The notes beneath the pieces were generated by a model. The model saw only the letters and a program-made list of their open reading frames with translations. It had not been told where the DNA came from and searched no databases. From Ferroglobus placidus DSM 10642 (lineage in GTDB: Archaea > Halobacteriota > Archaeoglobi > Archaeoglobales > Archaeoglobaceae): a stretch of DNA of 32,000 nt. Shown here piece after piece: positions 29,001-32,000 of this stretch. The translations under genes were made by a program, and so were the position numbers. Within the stretch, counting starts at the first letter, position 1, and each line of letters starts with the position of its first letter. Where the stretch lies: contig NC_013849.1 of assembly GCF_000025505.1 (NCBI RefSeq), positions 1,050,001-1,082,000 of the forward strand. The letters run 5' to 3'.

Positions 29001-29442
29001 TTCTAACCTTAGCTATCCCCTCTATGGGAGCCGCAACGACTCCTTCGGTTTGAATCGCAACAGCAGCTCTAACCGCTTTATCCAGCGCCTCCTCTCTGCT
29101 GAAATTTCCAAATTCTCCTTCTATTATGCATTTCGCTATTTCAAAACAGATTTTTTCTCTCGAATAACCTTCCTCCTCAAGCTCGACAATTTTTTTGGCT
29201 ATCCCATCTATTTTTAAAAGCTTTTCAACTCTCTCAGCCATGTTTTTTGCGACGGGAATTTCCACTTCCGTAAACGGGTCCAATCCCAAAGCCCTCGCTT
29301 TTTTAGCAATTTCGTAAGCCTTCTCAACTTCTTTGAGAAGTCTCTCGTGGTACTCTCTAAGCTCCTGAGAGAACTTTACGAACTCCTTATTTTCCTCCTC
29401 CTTATCGAAAAGGGGGAAAAATTTGTCGAGAGTTACAATCAT
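26014..29442 (-). CDS. polC: Archaeal DNA polymerase II (family D) large subunit DP2, no intein seen
   Basis: 1142 aa; [90 protein letters not shown], Zn ribbons [20 protein letters not shown] and [21 protein letters not shown]. Confidence 0.95.
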   Translation of the reverse strand: [1142 protein letters not shown]

Positions 29443-29504
29443 CGTAGGTACTTTTCTCTTCTAAATTAAGCTTTATCTCTCGAAACTTTGATATTTTGCT
29501 TTGT

Positions 29505-30116
29505 TTAATATTTTGAAGCGATATGTATCGCTTTTTCAATCAAAGCCTCGATTCCTTTCCTCCCGCTGAAGATTCTTCCGTGCCCTGGAAGTACGAATTC
29601 GAGCTCAAGCTCCATCACTTTTTCGAGAGACCTTATCAAATTTTCTCTGCTCCCGCCAACCAAGTCCCACCTTCCGGGAACTCCGTTTTCGAAAAACAAA
29701 TCACCGGTTATCGCAGCAGAGTATTCCGGAATGTAAAAAGTGAGGCTTCCTTCGGTGTGTCCGGGAGTTTCCAAAACCTCTATTCTTATTCCGAAGTCCA
29801 CGATTTTCGGCATCTCAAAATCCGGCTTTATGTTGAAGTGGTGACTCCTCCTCTCTTTTTCGCTGTACGAAATTAGAGCTCCTTTTCTTAAAAACATGGG
29901 AGCGCTTTCGATGTGATCCTTGTGTAAATGCGTTGCAAATACGTAATCAACCTCCTCAATTCCATCGTTCCTCATGAGTCCGAAGAGGTTCGTGTAGCTC
30001 TTGTAACTCCCCGGATCAATTATTATCGTGGAATCTCCTTTGATAATGTAGGCATTGGAGCAGTCGCTGAAAGCAGAACCCCACACGTAAGCGTAAACAC
30101 CTTTGAATATCTCCAT
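29505..30116 (-). CDS. Metallo-beta-lactamase-fold hydrolase
   Basis: VFATHLHKDHIES, ETPGHTEGSLTF, TGDLFFE, LPGHGR. Confidence 0.85.
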   Translation of the reverse strand: MEIFKGVYAYVWGSAFSDCSNAYIIKGDSTIIIDPGSYKSYTNLFGLMRNDGIEEVDYVFATHLHKDHIESAPMFLRKGALISYSEKERRSHHFNIKPDFEMPKIVDFGIRIEVLETPGHTEGSLTFYIPEYSAAITGDLFFENGVPGRWDLVGGSRENLIRSLEKVMELELEFVLPGHGRIFSGRKGIEALIEKAIHIASKY

Positions 30117-30183
30117 CGTAAGAAGCAGAGTTGAAGAGAATAAAACGTTTACCCCAAAAAAGAAAGTTATTTTTACCTAACGT

Positions 30184-30197
30184 AAGTAAGAGTACTT
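30184..30197. promoter_or_regulatory. Inverted repeat AAGTA-AGAG-TACTT just before the ArsR-family gene
   Basis: Perfect 5+5 bp inverted repeat immediately upstream of ATG 30200, in the divergent intergenic region. Confidence 0.3.
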
Positions 30198-30199
30198 GA

Positions 30200-30586
30200 A
30201 TGTACGAGACTCTAAACGTTTCGATATTCAAAGTCCTGAGCGATCCAACGAGGGTCAGAATTCTACTCGCTTTAATGGAGAGAAGCATGTCCGTACTTGA
30301 ATTGGCAGATCTACTGAATTTAGATCAGCCCCTCGTTTCTTACCATCTCAAGCACCTGAAAAAGTACGGAATCGTAGACGTTAAAAGAGTGGATAAGTAC
30401 CACATATACTCCGTAAATTCCGAGAAGAAGAGAGTAATAAACCTGCTGCTAAAAACCTGCAAAGAGGGAGATGTTGTCGAGGACATACTTTCCGAACTTA
30501 GAAATGAGCTGTCAAAATACGTGGGAGACAGGATGGCAAACACGCTTATTGAAAACTTCAAAAAGAGACTGCAGGAAAAACTATGA
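30200..30586 (+). CDS. ArsR-family winged-HTH transcriptional regulator
   Basis: VLSDPTRVRILLALMERSMSVLELADLLNLDQPLVSYHLKHLKKYGIVDVKRVDKYHIYSVNSEKK. Confidence 0.85.
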   Translation: MYETLNVSIFKVLSDPTRVRILLALMERSMSVLELADLLNLDQPLVSYHLKHLKKYGIVDVKRVDKYHIYSVNSEKKRVINLLLKTCKEGDVVEDILSELRNELSKYVGDRMANTLIENFKKRLQEKL

Positions 30587-31419
30587 AATTAATACTGCTT
30601 TTTGGTGCACTTATTTTTCTTTTAGCGTCTTTTTTGTTAACGAATTCGGACATTTATTTTGAGGGAGGTACGATCAAAAATCAAATCGGTGAACATTACG
30701 GATTAAACGAGATATACGTTCACTACTACTCAGGTTTTTTTAACTTCCTAATTTGTACAACCTCAGCGCTCATAATCGTTATTGCCGAAAGGAGAGCAGA
30801 AATAGGAGGTTGGAATTACGTCGCTTCTGGAATATTTTTTAATGGTCTCGTCGGATTTGGCGAGGTTGCAGAGCACTTCTTTAAACCCTTTTTGCACGAC
30901 TTCTTCCACTACTTCCACATTTATTCCGGATTTTTTAGCCTACTTCTTCTATACTTGGGAGTAAAACTAATTCTCTCCTCGATAGTTGGAAACAACATTT
31001 CCGAAAGAAAATCGATTATCGCCGCAAGCCTAATACTCCTACTCTTTTTATCTCTCCTAACCTCAGTAAAAACAACCGAAAAGTGGGATCCTCGATTTGA
31101 AATTCCTGTGATGTCAATTCTTTTGATTCCCACAATTCTCCTGACGATCCTTTTAGTTTACGACGCCTACAAAATTTTTCAGGAATCCGGCTTTGTAATG
31201 GTAACTCTAACGTCTTTTGCAGTGTTCGCCATGCTTTTACAGCTCGTAATAATTCTCGGGAGAATTTCGGATATAATGGGAAACGCTTACTTTTACACGA
31301 TAACGCACTCGATACAAGATCTCCTCCACGTAGCCTCTGCAACAAATGCCCTCATATTTGCCGTAACTTTAAACATGACATTTAAAAAGATAAAAAGCGT
31401 CGAAGAGATTATACTTTAA
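30583..31419 (+). CDS. Multi-pass membrane protein of unknown function, coupled to the ArsR gene
   Basis: 278 aa, about 7-8 hydrophobic segments, His-rich HFFKPFLHDFFHYFHIYSG; overlaps the ArsR gene's end by 4 nt. Confidence 0.6.
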   Translation: MKLILLFGALIFLLASFLLTNSDIYFEGGTIKNQIGEHYGLNEIYVHYYSGFFNFLICTTSALIIVIAERRAEIGGWNYVASGIFFNGLVGFGEVAEHFFKPFLHDFFHYFHIYSGFFSLLLLYLGVKLILSSIVGNNISERKSIIAASLILLLFLSLLTSVKTTEKWDPRFEIPVMSILLIPTILLTILLVYDAYKIFQESGFVMVTLTSFAVFAMLLQLVIILGRISDIMGNAYFYTITHSIQDLLHVASATNALIFAVTLNMTFKKIKSVEEIIL

Positions 31420-31990
31420 CTTCTTCGAGTAGCTTTTCCAAATTTTCTGCGTCCAACTCCACAAATCTCTTCGTCAGCCTTGCAACTCCGACATAGAAAG
31501 GCTCTTTCGATTCAGCTTCAACAACTTGACAGAATTTTGGTACCCACTGCAATATGTGTTCTCGCAAAAATCTCATCTCCAGTTCCAAAAATTCTCTCGC
31601 TTTTTCAGAATCTTTTCCCCACGCTTCCATTTCCTTGTAGCAAAGGAGTGACATGAACTTCAACTCCACTCCTATGTAATCCTGCGGACCCTCCTCTTCC
31701 TCAATTATTCCAAATCCGGCTTCGCTGTAAAATTTCATAACCGCCAACGTCGTCTCTCCCATAACCCTTTCTTCTCCTCTGTAAACGGATTCGTAAGGCG
31801 GAGGGGGACTGTAACCTTTTTTAATACCCCTGAAGAGCCTCGTAAATTCTACTGCCAGCCTTTCAGATAGATCATCGAGGTCGTCATCAAGGCTACTCTT
31901 AATTAACTCGATCGCATCGGAAAACTCTTCTACATTCTCAGGAAGCTTTTGCTTTAATTCTTTAAGAAACTTCTTATCAGGTTTTTTCAA
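31409..31990 (-). CDS. TorD/DmsD-family molybdo/tungstoenzyme chaperone
   Basis: LAVEFTRLFRG...PPPPYESVYRGEERVMGETT..., GPQDYIGVELKFMSLLCYKEMEAW, EHILQWVPKFC. Start near window edge (in-frame TTG 31990), may extend. Confidence 0.7.
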   Translation of the reverse strand: MKKPDKKFLKELKQKLPENVEEFSDAIELIKSSLDDDLDDLSERLAVEFTRLFRGIKKGYSPPPPYESVYRGEERVMGETTLAVMKFYSEAGFGIIEEEEGPQDYIGVELKFMSLLCYKEMEAWGKDSEKAREFLELEMRFLREHILQWVPKFCQVVEAESKEPFYVGVARLTKRFVELDAENLEKLLEEVKV

Positions 31991-32000
31991 GTAAAAATCG

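Noticed and set aside
26014-29442. Possible intein in polC
   Set aside because: The catalytic-region motifs ([34 protein letters not shown]) are continuous and length (1142 aa) matches an intein-free DP2.
1-32000. CRISPR array, IS element, rRNA or tRNA
   Set aside because: No regularly spaced direct repeats, transposase motifs, terminal inverted repeats or tRNA signature sequences were recognised by reading; a tRNAscan/ISfinder/CRISPR search would be needed to exclude them formally.

Overview
The window looks like an archaeal chromosome segment, probably Archaeoglobales/Ferroglobus-like. That assignment is inferred from the two-domain EndA, the PolC/DP2 gene, the aromatic-type CoA ligase plus tungsten AOR, and TATA/leaderless-style promoters. 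Main content: (i) 1-4.8 kb, an accessory or decaying region: a secreted zinc-phospholipase-like gene, a duplicated leader-peptide/RBS module, a broken surface-protein gene, an intact VapB-like antitoxin with an internally truncated VapC, and a PIN-domain gene remnant on the opposite strand; (ii) 4.9-13.4 kb minus strand, an apparent catabolic cluster: SDR dehydrogenase, a 46-aa zinc-ribbon ORF missing from the track, tungsten aldehyde:ferredoxin oxidoreductase, 4Fe-4S ferredoxin, FAD oxidoreductase, a MoaD/ThiS-like::methyltransferase fusion, phenylacetate-CoA-ligase-type enzyme, isochorismatase-family hydrolase and CaiB/BaiF CoA-transferase; the two apparent transcription units share an identical TTACATTGTAA near-palindrome just downstream of TATA-like elements; (iii) endA, an ABC transporter, a tRNA-binding-domain protein and an MNT/HEPN pair; (iv) sucCD-sdhABCD; (v) radical SAM, small-multidrug-export-like protein, panE-like and polC; (vi) MBL hydrolase, ArsR regulator, a membrane protein and a TorD-like chaperone. 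No tRNA, rRNA, CRISPR array or IS element was recognised. The most interesting items are the AOR cluster with its MoaD-methyltransferase fusion and zinc-ribbon ORF, and the shared operator-like site. All family assignments come from reading motifs; no database search was run.
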